Of a stretch of 64,000 bases of DNA, positions 8,913-18,201 are shown in pieces (within the stretch, counting starts at the first letter, position 1; each line of letters starts with the position of its first letter). Source of the stretch: Saprospirales bacterium (lineage in GTDB: Bacteria; Bacteroidota; Bacteroidia; Chitinophagales; JADIYW01). Position numbers and translations under genes: made by a program. Below the pieces are notes generated by a model. The model did no database searches and was not told the DNA's origin. It saw nothing but the letters and a program-made list of their open reading frames with translations. The stretch spans positions 22,386 through 86,385 of the forward strand of contig JADJSS010000009.1 of NCBI GenBank assembly GCA_016711605.1. The letters run 5' to 3'.

Positions 8913-10799
8913 TTGACAGACAAACCAGAAATTCCGGCAATTGATGCAGTAGATGACATCATTACCGTACCTAAAGAAAAAGAAATTATCGAACAGGAAA
9001 CTATCGATTTAGTTATTCCTGCGATAAAAGCTGAAGAGTTCGATTGGAACGTAAGCAAACGTGGTGCTAACAAATACACCAAAGAAAAAATTGCAGAGTT
9101 AGAAACATTGTACGATCAAACGTTCAAACAAGTTGAAGACAATGAAATTGTAAAAGCAATTGTTACTGCAATTACAGACACAGATGTTATCTTAAACATC
9201 GGTTTTAAATCAGATGGTATGATCTCTAAATCAGAGTTCAAAGACACACCTGAATTAAAAGTTGGTGACGAAGTAGATGTGTATGTAGAAAACAAAGAAA
9301 ACAAAAAAGGTCAGTTAATTTTATCTCGTAAAAAAGCTAAGTTAACGAAAGCTTGGGATTACATCTGCGAAGCAAATGCGAACGATACCATCGTTAAAGG
9401 TCGTATCATCAGCAAAACAAAAGGTGGCTTAATCGTAGATTTATATGGAATGGAAACATTCTTACCAGGTTCTCAAATTGATGTAAAACCAATTACGGAT
9501 TACGATCAATTTGTTGGAAAAACAATGGAATTCAAAGTTGTAAAAATCAATGAAACTATCAAAAATGCAGTTGTATCACACAAAGCATTAATTGAAAGCG
9601 ATTTAGAATCTCAACGTCAAGAAATCATTGGTAAATTAGAGAAAGGTCAAGTATTAGAAGGAACTATCAAAAATATCACAGACTTCGGTGCATTCATCGA
9701 TTTAGGTGGTGTTGATGGTTTATTGTACATCACTGATATTTCTTGGGGTCGTATCAACCATCCAAATGAAGTGTTGAAAATGGATCAAAAATTACAAGTA
9801 GTTGTAATTGATTATGATGACAACAAAAAACGTATTTCATTAGGTTTAAAACAATTACAACCTCATCCTTGGGATTCTTTACCTGAAGGAATCGAAGTTG
9901 GTGCTAAAGTAAAAGGTAAAATCGTTAACATCGAAGATTACGGTTCTTTCTTAGAAATCGTACCAGGTGTTGAAGGTTTAATTCACGTTTCTGAAGTTAC
10001 ATGGAGCAATCAACCAATCAACTCACGCGATTATTTCAAATTAGGAGACGAGTTTGAAGCAATGGTGGTTACTTTAGACAAAGACGAACGCAAAATGTCG
10101 TTGAGTTTAAAACAAATGCAGGAAGATCCTTGGAAATTAATTGCTGAAAAATATCCTGTTGGAAGCAAATTAAAAGGACAAGTGAAAAACATCACACCTT
10201 ATGGCGTATTCGTTGAATTAGACGATGTTGTTGGTGGTATGGTTCACATTTCTGATTTATCTTGGACTAAACGTTACAATCATCCATCTGAGTTTACGAA
10301 AGTAGGCAATGAATTAGATGTAATTGTTTTAGAAATAGATGTAGAAAACAGAAAAATTGTTTTAGGACACAAACAATTAGAAGAAGACCCTTGGGACACA
10401 TTCGAAACATTGTTCCCAATTGGTTCTACGCACGAAGCAACCGTTTTAAAACGTGAAGACAAAGGCGCATTAGTTCAATTACCTTATGGAATCGAAGCAT
10501 TCGCTCCAACACGTCACATCAAAAAAGAAGACGGAAAATTAGCTGATGTGGAAGAAGTTTTACCTTTCAAAGTTTTAGAGTTTGACAGAGATGACAAACG
10601 TATTATCGTATCACATACTCGTGTAAACGAAGATGCTAAAATCGATGAGAAAAAAGCGGTAGAAGGCGAAAAGAAAAAAGAAGCTAAGAAAACAAAAGAA
10701 GCTGTAGAAAAAACGAACTCTAAAATAGAGAAATCTACATTAGGTGACTTAAGTTCTCTTTCTGATTTGAAAGCAAAAATGGAAGGAAACGGCGAATAA
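8913..10799 (+). CDS. rpsA: 30S ribosomal protein S1
   Basis: 628 aa with six S1 (OB-fold) repeats containing GxVxxIxxFGAFV-like cores, plus a K/E-rich tail. The start is TTG, because an in-frame TAG lies 9 nt upstream and there is no in-frame ATG nearby. Confidence 0.95.
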   Translation: MTDKPEIPAIDAVDDIITVPKEKEIIEQETIDLVIPAIKAEEFDWNVSKRGANKYTKEKIAELETLYDQTFKQVEDNEIVKAIVTAITDTDVILNIGFKSDGMISKSEFKDTPELKVGDEVDVYVENKENKKGQLILSRKKAKLTKAWDYICEANANDTIVKGRIISKTKGGLIVDLYGMETFLPGSQIDVKPITDYDQFVGKTMEFKVVKINETIKNAVVSHKALIESDLESQRQEIIGKLEKGQVLEGTIKNITDFGAFIDLGGVDGLLYITDISWGRINHPNEVLKMDQKLQVVVIDYDDNKKRISLGLKQLQPHPWDSLPEGIEVGAKVKGKIVNIEDYGSFLEIVPGVEGLIHVSEVTWSNQPINSRDYFKLGDEFEAMVVTLDKDERKMSLSLKQMQEDPWKLIAEKYPVGSKLKGQVKNITPYGVFVELDDVVGGMVHISDLSWTKRYNHPSEFTKVGNELDVIVLEIDVENRKIVLGHKQLEEDPWDTFETLFPIGSTHEATVLKREDKGALVQLPYGIEAFAPTRHIKKEDGKLADVEEVLPFKVLEFDRDDKRIIVSHTRVNEDAKIDEKKAVEGEKKKEAKKTKEAVEKTNSKIEKSTLGDLSSLSDLKAKMEGNGE

Positions 10800-10826
10800 T
10801 CGTATCTTACTTTTTTATACAAAAAA

Positions 10827-10853
10827 CTCGTTCAGCAATGAACGAGTTTTTTT
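10827..10853 (+). terminator. Rho-independent terminator after rpsA
   Basis: CTCGTTCA GCAA TGAACGAG followed by T7. Confidence 0.8.
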
Positions 10854-10931
10854 GTTTTAAATACTTTTGTTAGTAAAAAATAATAAATATAAAAATAAAA
10901 CATTGTAATTCCTTTTTATTATTATTGCATC

Positions 10932-11387
10932 ATGAAAAATATAAAAATAGCATCTATACTCTTTTTTGTAGGTATTTTACTTGGTTGTAATCGGCAAAAA
11001 GAATGCTTTTATCTAGATACTCGAATTGACATTCAATATAAAGACAACCTTGGTAGAGATTTATTAGATTCTTCAAAAGCATATGCTTTTAAGTATGACA
11101 GCATAAAACATTTTTATAAAAATGCAAACAATCAAATAGTAGAAGTATATTCTTTAAGTATGGATTATCCAAAAGCATTTGTGATTCATTTAGATGCAGA
11201 TTCTATTTACACACTAAGTTTAACTCCATATGGAACCGACATATTACAATTAAACAGTTCCATTTCAGATACTTTAGTTTCAGAAATAGTCAATAATACA
11301 TGTTCTACAATTACAAAGAAAGTATGGTATAATGGTGTTTTAGTATATGATGGAACTTCTCAAAGAAAATTTATAATCAATAAATAA
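10932..11387 (+). CDS. Hypothetical lipoprotein
   Basis: 151 aa with a lipobox-like FFVGILLGC. I recognise no domain. Confidence 0.5.
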   Translation: MKNIKIASILFFVGILLGCNRQKECFYLDTRIDIQYKDNLGRDLLDSSKAYAFKYDSIKHFYKNANNQIVEVYSLSMDYPKAFVIHLDADSIYTLSLTPYGTDILQLNSSISDTLVSEIVNNTCSTITKKVWYNGVLVYDGTSQRKFIINK

Positions 11388-11394
11388 GAAGTTC

Positions 11395-12029
11395 TTATTG
11401 TTTTTGTTTAATAAAAACATAAGCACCCTTTTTCGCGCCCCAAACTTGCAGATTATCTCTGTCCCAACCTCTGTCCCAACTGATAATTTTATCTTTATAA
11501 ATGGTCACTTCAGATGTTGCATAAGTTGCGCCACGCAAACTGCTTAAACATTCTTTTCCAGGCGTTTTACCAGAGAATGTACCATCCGTGTTTTTACGTA
11601 AATAAATAGCACAACCTTGTCTATCTACCAACGAATCGTTCGTGATTTTTTTTAATTTATCTAAATTATTCCATGCACCAATATATTGCTTGGTATTTTT
11701 CAGTTCATATACTTTACTCGCAATTACGGTATCATTTTCTAAATAAACATGGTAAACTCGTTGTCGATATGGTTTATCTAGTGCACTTACCAATGCTTGT
11801 TCTACATATAACCAATATCCATTTTTATTATTTTTCCAAAATTGTACCATATTTAAATGAACATCATAAAAATCGGTATCAGATTTTGCTTGTGCCTCAC
11901 TACTGAAACTTCCAGCCATGTTGGATACTACTTCTTTTAAATCTTTCTTTTTAGTTGAATGGATTGAGCAAACGAGAAAGGATTGCTGCAAAGTAAAATG
12001 AATAGAAAAATAATTTGCTGTTTTTTCAT
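11395..12029 (-). pseudogene. CpcT/CpeT-family (DUF1001) beta-barrel protein with its signal peptide in a different frame
   Basis: The body (GSFSSEAQAKSDTDFYDVHLNMV, GYWLYVEQA, KPYRQRVYHV) resembles the CpcT/CpeT family. A clean signal peptide, MKKQQIIFLFILLCSNPFSFAQS, starts at 12029 in another frame and stops after 30 codons. The frames meet at a T5 run (11948-11952, A5 on the coding strand). Confidence 0.55.
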
Positions 12030-12081
12030 GATAAGGTTTTATAAAAGTCAAAATAACACTAAAATATGAATTTCGACTTAT

Positions 12082-12462
12082 TTATTCGTAAAGAAATGGC
12101 TCATCAGCATGCACAAAAAAAACTTCATTGTCAGTTGAATCATAAGTTACGCCAATGTATAAATCATGATTCAACGACAAATTTGTTATTAGTGTTGCCG
12201 AGTTATTGACAAAAACCAATAAAGTATGAGTTCCTTCTTTTTTTGTAAGACGAACAATTCCACCATCACAAACACCAAGTAAATTATTAGTTGTAAGGCG
12301 TTTTATAATCAGTGGCTCATTATCCATAAATACCTCAACGCTGTCATTGACAAATTCAGATTGAACATCAATTCCAAGTGTGTATATTTTTTCTTTTTTG
12401 CAAGAAATTAGAACTGTTAGCGTTGATAAAAGAAAAACAAAAGATATTTTTTGCATATTCAA
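12082..12462 (-). CDS. Hypothetical lipoprotein
   Basis: 126 aa with lipobox LTVLISC. I recognise no domain. Confidence 0.5.
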   Translation of the reverse strand: MNMQKISFVFLLSTLTVLISCKKEKIYTLGIDVQSEFVNDSVEVFMDNEPLIIKRLTTNNLLGVCDGGIVRLTKKEGTHTLLVFVNNSATLITNLSLNHDLYIGVTYDSTDNEVFFVHADEPFLYE

Positions 12463-12572
12463 ATCTAAACAATGATTTTTATTATTGAAATAATGTTCCT
12501 AATCTTATTAACAATGTGCCTAAGTTCAATATTACCAAAACTTTAAGCACTTTCATTCAATGCAATTTTCCG

Positions 12573-12592
12573 TATTTTTGTAGTCCTAATTC
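12573..12592 (+). promoter_or_regulatory. Candidate -7 promoter element TATTTTTG plus TAGTCCTAATTC, upstream of pckA
   Basis: It fits TAnnTTTG and lies 26 nt before the ATG at 12606. It sits inside the over-extended track ORF that starts at 12516. Confidence 0.5.
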
Positions 12593-12605
12593 AAAACTCA
12601 AACAA

Positions 12606-14207
12606 ATGAATGATCAAGGCGTCAAGAATCCTACTGCAGATTTAACAAAAATTGGTTTCCAACATACAACAGCAAAATGGAATTCCACAAGAGAAGAGCT
12701 AATACAACGCACACTCGATTTAAATTTAGGTGAATTAAATGATGCTGGTGCGCTATGCATTAGTACAGGTGAGTTTACAGGAAGATCGCCGAAAGATAAA
12801 TTTACGGTGAAAGATGCATTAACAGAAAACGCAGTAGATTGGAATCATATTAATCAACCATATTCGCCTGAAGCATTTGATAAATTACAACACAAAGTAG
12901 TAGCACATTTAGATGCTCAAAAAGAAATTTTTGTTCGTGATGTTGTCGCATGTGCGGATACCAATTTTCAATTAAATATAAGAGTAGTTACAGAAACACC
13001 ATGGGCAAGTTTATTTGCTGATAATATGTTTATTCGTCCTAGCGAAAATGAAATCAAATCGTTTGAACCAGAATGGACTATTTTATGTGCTCCAAGTTTT
13101 ATGGCTAATGCAGCAGAAGATGGAACACGTCAGCATAATTTTTCTATCATTAATTTCACCAAAAAAGTAATATTAATTGGTGGTTCTGGTTATACAGGCG
13201 AAATAAAAAAAGGAATTTTTACGGTATTGAATTTTGTGTTGCCACATCAAAAAAATGTGTTGAGCATGCACTGTTCTGCAAACATTGGTGAAGACAATGA
13301 TACAGCGTTATTCTTTGGATTATCTGGAACTGGAAAAACTACACTTTCAGCAGATCCAAATAGAAAACTAATTGGCGACGATGAACACGGCTGGAGCGAT
13401 AATGGTGTGTTTAATTTTGAAGGTGGTTGCTATGCAAAATGTATCGACTTAACAGAAGAAAAAGAACCAGATATTTTTCACGCAATTAAACCTGGTGCAA
13501 TATTAGAGAATATTCGCTTTTTTGAAGGCACAAACAACGTAGACTTTGAAAATGTAAGTATTACTGAAAATACGCGTGTTTCTTATCCATTATATCACAT
13601 TAATAATATTGCTACACCTTCAGTAGGTACTACACCAAATAATATTTTCTTTTTGAGCTATGATGCATTCGGTGTGTTGCCTCCAATTACTAAATTAACA
13701 GAAGCACAGGCCATGTATTTATTTATTTCTGGCTATACTTCAAAAGTAGCAGGAACAGAAGCAGGTGTTACAGAACCACAAACTACGTTTTCAGCATGTT
13801 TTGGTGCAGCATTTTTACCATTGCATCCAACAAAATATGCAGAAATGTTAGGCAAAAAATTAAAAGAAAGCGGTGCAAATGTTTGGTTAATTAACACAGG
13901 TATGACTGGTGGTGTTTATGGTGTTGGCAAACGTATGAGTTTAAAATATACACGTGCATTAATTACAGAAGCATTAAATGGTGATTTAGAAAATGTAACC
14001 TACGAAACATTACCAATTTTTAATTTTCAAATTCCAACAACTTGTCCAGGTGTTCCAAGCGAAATATTAAATCCAAGAAATACTTGGTCTGATAAAGCAG
14101 CTTACGATGCAAAAGCAACAGAATTAGCTGCAAAATTCAATGATAATTTTAAAAAATATGCAGACCAAGCTAGTGCTGAAATTTTAGCAGCTGCACCTAA
14201 AGTATAA
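12606..14207 (+). CDS. pckA: Phosphoenolpyruvate carboxykinase (ATP)
   Basis: Kinase-1a motif GLSGTGKTTLS, plus IGDDEHGW and other PckA blocks. The start is moved to MNDQGVK (12606) because a promoter-like box lies inside the upstream extension. Confidence 0.93.
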   Translation: MNDQGVKNPTADLTKIGFQHTTAKWNSTREELIQRTLDLNLGELNDAGALCISTGEFTGRSPKDKFTVKDALTENAVDWNHINQPYSPEAFDKLQHKVVAHLDAQKEIFVRDVVACADTNFQLNIRVVTETPWASLFADNMFIRPSENEIKSFEPEWTILCAPSFMANAAEDGTRQHNFSIINFTKKVILIGGSGYTGEIKKGIFTVLNFVLPHQKNVLSMHCSANIGEDNDTALFFGLSGTGKTTLSADPNRKLIGDDEHGWSDNGVFNFEGGCYAKCIDLTEEKEPDIFHAIKPGAILENIRFFEGTNNVDFENVSITENTRVSYPLYHINNIATPSVGTTPNNIFFLSYDAFGVLPPITKLTEAQAMYLFISGYTSKVAGTEAGVTEPQTTFSACFGAAFLPLHPTKYAEMLGKKLKESGANVWLINTGMTGGVYGVGKRMSLKYTRALITEALNGDLENVTYETLPIFNFQIPTTCPGVPSEILNPRNTWSDKAAYDAKATELAAKFNDNFKKYADQASAEILAAAPKV

Positions 14208-14212
14208 TTTTA

Positions 14213-14243
14213 AACCTTGAAGGTTTTAAAAACCTTCAAGGTT
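14213..14243 (+). terminator. 13-bp perfect stem hairpin after pckA
   Basis: AACCTTGAAGGTT TTAAA AACCTTCAAGGTT. Confidence 0.6.
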
Positions 14244-14258
14244 TAAGCATAAATAAAA

Positions 14259-14286
14259 GGACGCATTTATTGCGTCTTTTTTTATA
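14259..14286 (+). terminator. Rho-independent terminator after pckA
   Basis: GACGCA TTTAT TGCGTC followed by a T-run. Confidence 0.7.
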
Positions 14287-14301
14287 CTTTTGATAAGCAT
14301 A

Positions 14302-14332
14302 ACTCACGACTTACGACTCACAACTCACGACT
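14302..14332 (+). repeat. Phased heptad tract ACTCACG ACTTACG ACTCACA ACTCACG ACT directly upstream of the queE ATG
   Basis: Read directly from the sequence. The period is 7 nt and the tract ends 3 nt before the ATG at 14336. A near-identical tract lies inside pyrD (20802-20832). Confidence 0.8.
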
Positions 14333-14335
14333 AAA

Positions 14336-14950
14336 ATGAACTTCGATATTACAACACAAATTCCTGTTATGGAACATTTTTACACCATTCAAGGTGAAGG
14401 TTTCTATACAGGAAATGCTGCGTATTTTATACGATTGGCTGGCTGCGATGTAGGTTGTGTTTGGTGCGACGTAAAAGAATCGTGGACAGTTTCTGAAAAC
14501 CAATTGATGCTGGTAGACGATTTAATTGCAGAAGTATTAAAATATAAAGGAAGATTAATCGTTATTACAGGTGGTGAACCATTGATGTATGATTTATCAT
14601 TTCTGACAAAAAAATTAAAAGAAAACGGATTTCAAATTAATATTGAAACATCAGGTGCATATCCAATTTCTGGCGAATTGGATTGGATTTGTGTTTCACC
14701 GAAAAAATTTAAACAACCATTAAGAGAAGTAGTGCTAAAAGCAAACGAACTGAAATGCATCATTTTTAATAAATCTGACTTTGATTTTGCAGAACAAAAC
14801 TGCCTACTTGCTACTAAAGACTGCTTACTATACCTGCAAACCGAATGGAGCAAGCAAGAACAAATGCTACCATTGATGATTGATTATGTAAAACAAAATC
14901 CGAAATGGAAAATATCGCTGCAAACGCATAAATATTTGAATATTCCATAA
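14336..14950 (+). CDS. queE: 7-carboxy-7-deazaguanine synthase (radical SAM)
   Basis: 204 aa. It has FYTIQGEG, the radical-SAM cluster RLAGCDVGCVWCD, and GGEPL. Confidence 0.85.
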   Translation: MNFDITTQIPVMEHFYTIQGEGFYTGNAAYFIRLAGCDVGCVWCDVKESWTVSENQLMLVDDLIAEVLKYKGRLIVITGGEPLMYDLSFLTKKLKENGFQINIETSGAYPISGELDWICVSPKKFKQPLREVVLKANELKCIIFNKSDFDFAEQNCLLATKDCLLYLQTEWSKQEQMLPLMIDYVKQNPKWKISLQTHKYLNIP

Positions 14951-14980
14951 AAATCTGACCGATTAAAAGCGTCTGATTTT

Positions 14981-15084
14981 AGTGAAAGTGAGAATGAAAG
15001 TGAAAGTGGTGTAATTTTTGATTAATTTAATTTAATGAGAAATAAAATATTAATATTACTTTCTTTTTACTTACTACTTTCCAC
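14981..15084 (+). repeat. Imperfect purine-arm / pyrimidine-arm inverted repeat enclosing the start codon of the OmpA-family gene
   Basis: AGTGAAAGTGAGAATGAAAGTGAAAGTGGTG (14981-15012) faces TTACTTTCTTTTTACTTACTACTTTCCAC (15056-15084, inside the signal-peptide codons). The ATG at 15035 is in the loop. Confidence 0.5.
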
Positions 15085-16912
15085 ATGCTACTCTTTCGCG
15101 CAGCAAGTGCCTGAGAAAGCAATGGCTGCTTATTTCAAAGCAAAAGATTTTGGTTCCAGAACACAATTTGAAGAAGGAATTGAAATGTTATTATTGGCTA
15201 TAAAAACATATCCAAAATACACACAAGCAAAAGAATTATTAGCAGAATATTATTTTGCCTTAAAAAAATATAATGATGCTATTGCTACCTTAGAAAGTTG
15301 CGCTAAAGAACCTGATTTTACTGCACGTTCAACGTATATGCTTTCAGAAGTTTATCTCAAAACTGGTAACGGTGAAAAAGCAAAAGTCTATGCAGAAAAA
15401 TATTTGTTGATGAGTAACAAAGCGCCAAACGCAACCGCAAAAGCTGAGCAAACCGTACGCAATGCAAACTTTGCGATTGAAGCAAAAAAACATCCAGTTC
15501 CTTTTAATCCAAAAAATTTAGGCGCAACTATCAATACAGTGAACAACGAGTATTTTCCGTACTTAACACCTGATGGAAAATTATTATCATTTACGCGCAT
15601 GCAAAATAATCAGGAAGATTTATACATTGCAAAAAAAACAGACACAGGTTTTGCAAATGCATTTTCTTTTGGTGCCAACATAAATTCGTATGAAAACGAA
15701 GGTGCGGAAACCATGAATTCAGAAGGCACTATTTTATTCTTTACTTCTTGTAATAAATTTGATGGTTATGGCAGCTGCGATATTTATTATTCAAGAAAAG
15801 ACAATGGTGGCTGGACAGACCCGCAAGGCATTGGAAAGCCAATAAACTCTGGTGCTTGGGAAGCTCAACCCAGTTTTTCATCAGATGCAAAAACTATGTA
15901 TTTTGCAAGCAACAGAGCTGGTGGTTTTGGTGGTCGAGATATTTGGGTAAGTTACTTAGATGAAAATATGAAGTTTGGCGAACCAGTAAATTTAGGTCCA
16001 AACATCAACACCAAATTAGATGACCAATGTCCATTTATTCATGCAGATAATCAAACTTTATATTTCACATCTAACGGTTGGCCAGGCATGGGAAACGCTG
16101 ATATTTTTATGGCAAGAAAAACTGATACTGGCTGGACAACAGCTGTAAACATTGGCTATCCAATCAATTCAGAAACAGATGACAATGCAATGACAGTTTC
16201 GTATGATGGCAAAACTGCATTCTTATCATCGAACAGAGCTGGTGGTTTTGGCGGCTTGGATTTGTATAGTTTTGATTTACCAGAAAACATGCAGCCAAAG
16301 AAAACAACTTATGTAAAAGCAATTGTAAAAAATGCAAAAACTAAACAGTTACTGAACGCAGCATATTCAATTGTTGACTTAGATTCAAAAAAAGAAATTT
16401 ACAAAGGAAATTCTATAGCAGGAAGCTTTTTTGTGAGCATTGAAGCCAATAAAAACTATGCGTTGAGTGTGCAAAAAGAAGCGTATTTATTTTATTCTCA
16501 GAACATAAACTTAGTTGTTTCTACTTCAACAAAACCTTATGAAATAGAAGTTTTATTGGAACCAATTTTAACCAACAATAAAATTGTATTGAACAATGTT
16601 TTCTTTGATTTTGATAAAGCAGAATTGAAACCAGAATCTTTTATTGAATTAGATAAATTAGTAGAACTACTTCAAAAAAATCCAACTATAAAAATTGAAA
16701 TTGCTGGACATACTGACAACAAAGGCGACAAAAAATACAATCAAACCTTATCGCAAAAGCGTGCTGAAACGGTAGTAAATTATATAGTAAAAAAAGGAAT
16801 TGCCATCACGCGATTAACAGCGAAAGGTTACGGCGACACAACGCCAATTGCACCAAACGACACAGAAGAAAACAAAGCGAAGAACAGAAGAACAGAATTG
16901 AAGGTTTTGTGA
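15035..16912 (+). CDS. OmpA-family outer-membrane/peptidoglycan-associated protein (TPR, TolB-like PD40 repeats, OmpA C-terminal domain)
   Basis: 625 aa with a signal peptide and repeated SNRAGGFGGxD PD40-type units. The C-terminal OmpA domain has FDFDKAELK, GHTDNKGDKKYNQTLSQKRA and NRRTE. Confidence 0.85.
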   Translation: MRNKILILLSFYLLLSTCYSFAQQVPEKAMAAYFKAKDFGSRTQFEEGIEMLLLAIKTYPKYTQAKELLAEYYFALKKYNDAIATLESCAKEPDFTARSTYMLSEVYLKTGNGEKAKVYAEKYLLMSNKAPNATAKAEQTVRNANFAIEAKKHPVPFNPKNLGATINTVNNEYFPYLTPDGKLLSFTRMQNNQEDLYIAKKTDTGFANAFSFGANINSYENEGAETMNSEGTILFFTSCNKFDGYGSCDIYYSRKDNGGWTDPQGIGKPINSGAWEAQPSFSSDAKTMYFASNRAGGFGGRDIWVSYLDENMKFGEPVNLGPNINTKLDDQCPFIHADNQTLYFTSNGWPGMGNADIFMARKTDTGWTTAVNIGYPINSETDDNAMTVSYDGKTAFLSSNRAGGFGGLDLYSFDLPENMQPKKTTYVKAIVKNAKTKQLLNAAYSIVDLDSKKEIYKGNSIAGSFFVSIEANKNYALSVQKEAYLFYSQNINLVVSTSTKPYEIEVLLEPILTNNKIVLNNVFFDFDKAELKPESFIELDKLVELLQKNPTIKIEIAGHTDNKGDKKYNQTLSQKRAETVVNYIVKKGIAITRLTAKGYGDTTPIAPNDTEENKAKNRRTELKVL

Positions 16913-16914
16913 TA

Positions 16915-17700
16915 TTAAAGCGCGATTTTAACCTTCAACAATTTTTCCAACAATCCTTTTACTTCACTCAACGCTAACATATTTGCGCCATCACTCAGTG
17001 CTTCTGAAGGATTTGGATGTGTTTCTAAGAAGATGCCATTTGCGCCAGCAACAATTGCACACTTTGCTAAATGCTCAATAAATTCTGGCTTTCCACCACT
17101 AACACCATCGCTTTTATTTGGTTGTTGCACTGAATGTGTTGCATCAAAAATTACAGGAAAACCAGTTTGTTGCATTAACGGAATATTTCTGAAATCAACA
17201 ATTAAATCATTATAACCAAACATCGTTCCGCGTTCTGTTAGCATAATATTTTTGTTTCCAGTTGAGAGAATTTTATCAACGGCAAACTGCATCATTTCTG
17301 CACTTACAAATTGTCCTTTTTTTATGTTAACCGTTTTTCCTGTTTTTCCAGCAGCCAATAATAATTCGGTTTGTCGACATAAAAATGCAGGAATCTGAAT
17401 TACATCAACAATATCTTTTACCAATTCGCAATCTGTCGTTTCATGCACATCCGTTAAAATTGGAATATTGAAATGCGATTTTACATCAGCTAAAATTTGC
17501 AATGCTTTTTCTTCACCAATCGTAGTAAACGAATCCAATTTTGTTCTGTTTGCTTTTTTATAAGAAGCTTTGAAAATAAACGGTATATTTAAATCCGTTG
17601 TAATAGCAACTAATTGTTCTGCAATCTCAAAACAAATTTCTTTCGACTCAACCACACAAGGTCCAGCAATTAAGAAAAATTTATCGGTTTGAAAGTTCAT
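16915..17700 (-). CDS. kdsA: 3-deoxy-8-phosphooctulonate synthase
   Basis: 261 aa. It has FFLIAGPCVVES, FKASYKKANRT and ATHSVQQP blocks typical of KdsA. Confidence 0.9.
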   Translation of the reverse strand: MNFQTDKFFLIAGPCVVESKEICFEIAEQLVAITTDLNIPFIFKASYKKANRTKLDSFTTIGEEKALQILADVKSHFNIPILTDVHETTDCELVKDIVDVIQIPAFLCRQTELLLAAGKTGKTVNIKKGQFVSAEMMQFAVDKILSTGNKNIMLTERGTMFGYNDLIVDFRNIPLMQQTGFPVIFDATHSVQQPNKSDGVSGGKPEFIEHLAKCAIVAGANGIFLETHPNPSEALSDGANMLALSEVKGLLEKLLKVKIAL

Positions 17701-17710
17701 AATAATATTT

Positions 17711-17737
17711 TAACCACTAAGACACTAAGTACACAAA
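17711..17737. repeat. Left inverted repeat flanking the GxxExxY gene
   Basis: AACCACTAAGACACTAAGTACACAAAG. Its reverse complement matches 18166-18194 at about 23 of 27 positions. Confidence 0.7.
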
Positions 17738-17739
17738 GA

Positions 17740-18147
17740 TTATTTAGGTAAAACTGAAAAATGTTCATTTACCATTGGCACTAAACTCTTCGTTATATTT
17801 TCTGTGTTAAAGTTAATTAATAAACCTTTTGGTTTTTCTAATAGTTTCATATAAGTTAATAATTGAGCTTTGTATAAAGGATGAATTTCTTCTACAGCTT
17901 TTAATTCCACAATTATTAAATCTTCTACTAAAACATCTAACCTTAAGTTACAATCTAAATATTCATCTTTATAATGTACAGGAATTTTTATTTGTTGCGT
18001 TGTTTTCAATCCTTTCAATTCTAACTCTTTAACGAAACATCTTTGATATATAGATTCTAATAAACCAGGTCCAAGTTCTTTGTGTACTTCAATTGCACAG
18101 CCAACAATTTTATAAGCAATATTATTTATATAGGTTTGTGTAATCAT
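17740..18147 (-). CDS. GxxExxY protein (PD-(D/E)XK nuclease-like, PDDEXK_3 family)
   Basis: 135 aa. It has the family signature IEVHKELGPGLLESIYQRCFVKEL and DVLVEDLIIVELKA. Confidence 0.8.
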   Translation of the reverse strand: MITQTYINNIAYKIVGCAIEVHKELGPGLLESIYQRCFVKELELKGLKTTQQIKIPVHYKDEYLDCNLRLDVLVEDLIIVELKAVEEIHPLYKAQLLTYMKLLEKPKGLLINFNTENITKSLVPMVNEHFSVLPK

Positions 18148-18165
18148 CGGTTTTAATTATTTAAT

Positions 18166-18194
18166 CACTAAGTGTTCTTAGTGTCTCAGTGGTT
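18166..18194. repeat. Right inverted repeat flanking the GxxExxY gene
   Basis: CACTAAGTGTTCTTAGTGTCTCAGTGGTT, the partner of 17711-17737. Confidence 0.7.
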
Positions 18195-18201
18195 TTAAAA
18201 T

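Noticed and set aside
12516-12605. 30-codon N-terminal extension of pckA in the ORF track.
   Set aside because: The extension contains a TAnnTTTG promoter-like box and is not PckA-like. The conserved protein begins at the ATG at 12606.
14213-14243. Perfect 13-bp stem palindrome after pckA, considered as a MITE end or protein-binding dyad.
   Set aside because: It is a single copy in the window and sits immediately after a stop codon, next to a canonical terminator. The simplest reading is part of a tandem terminator.
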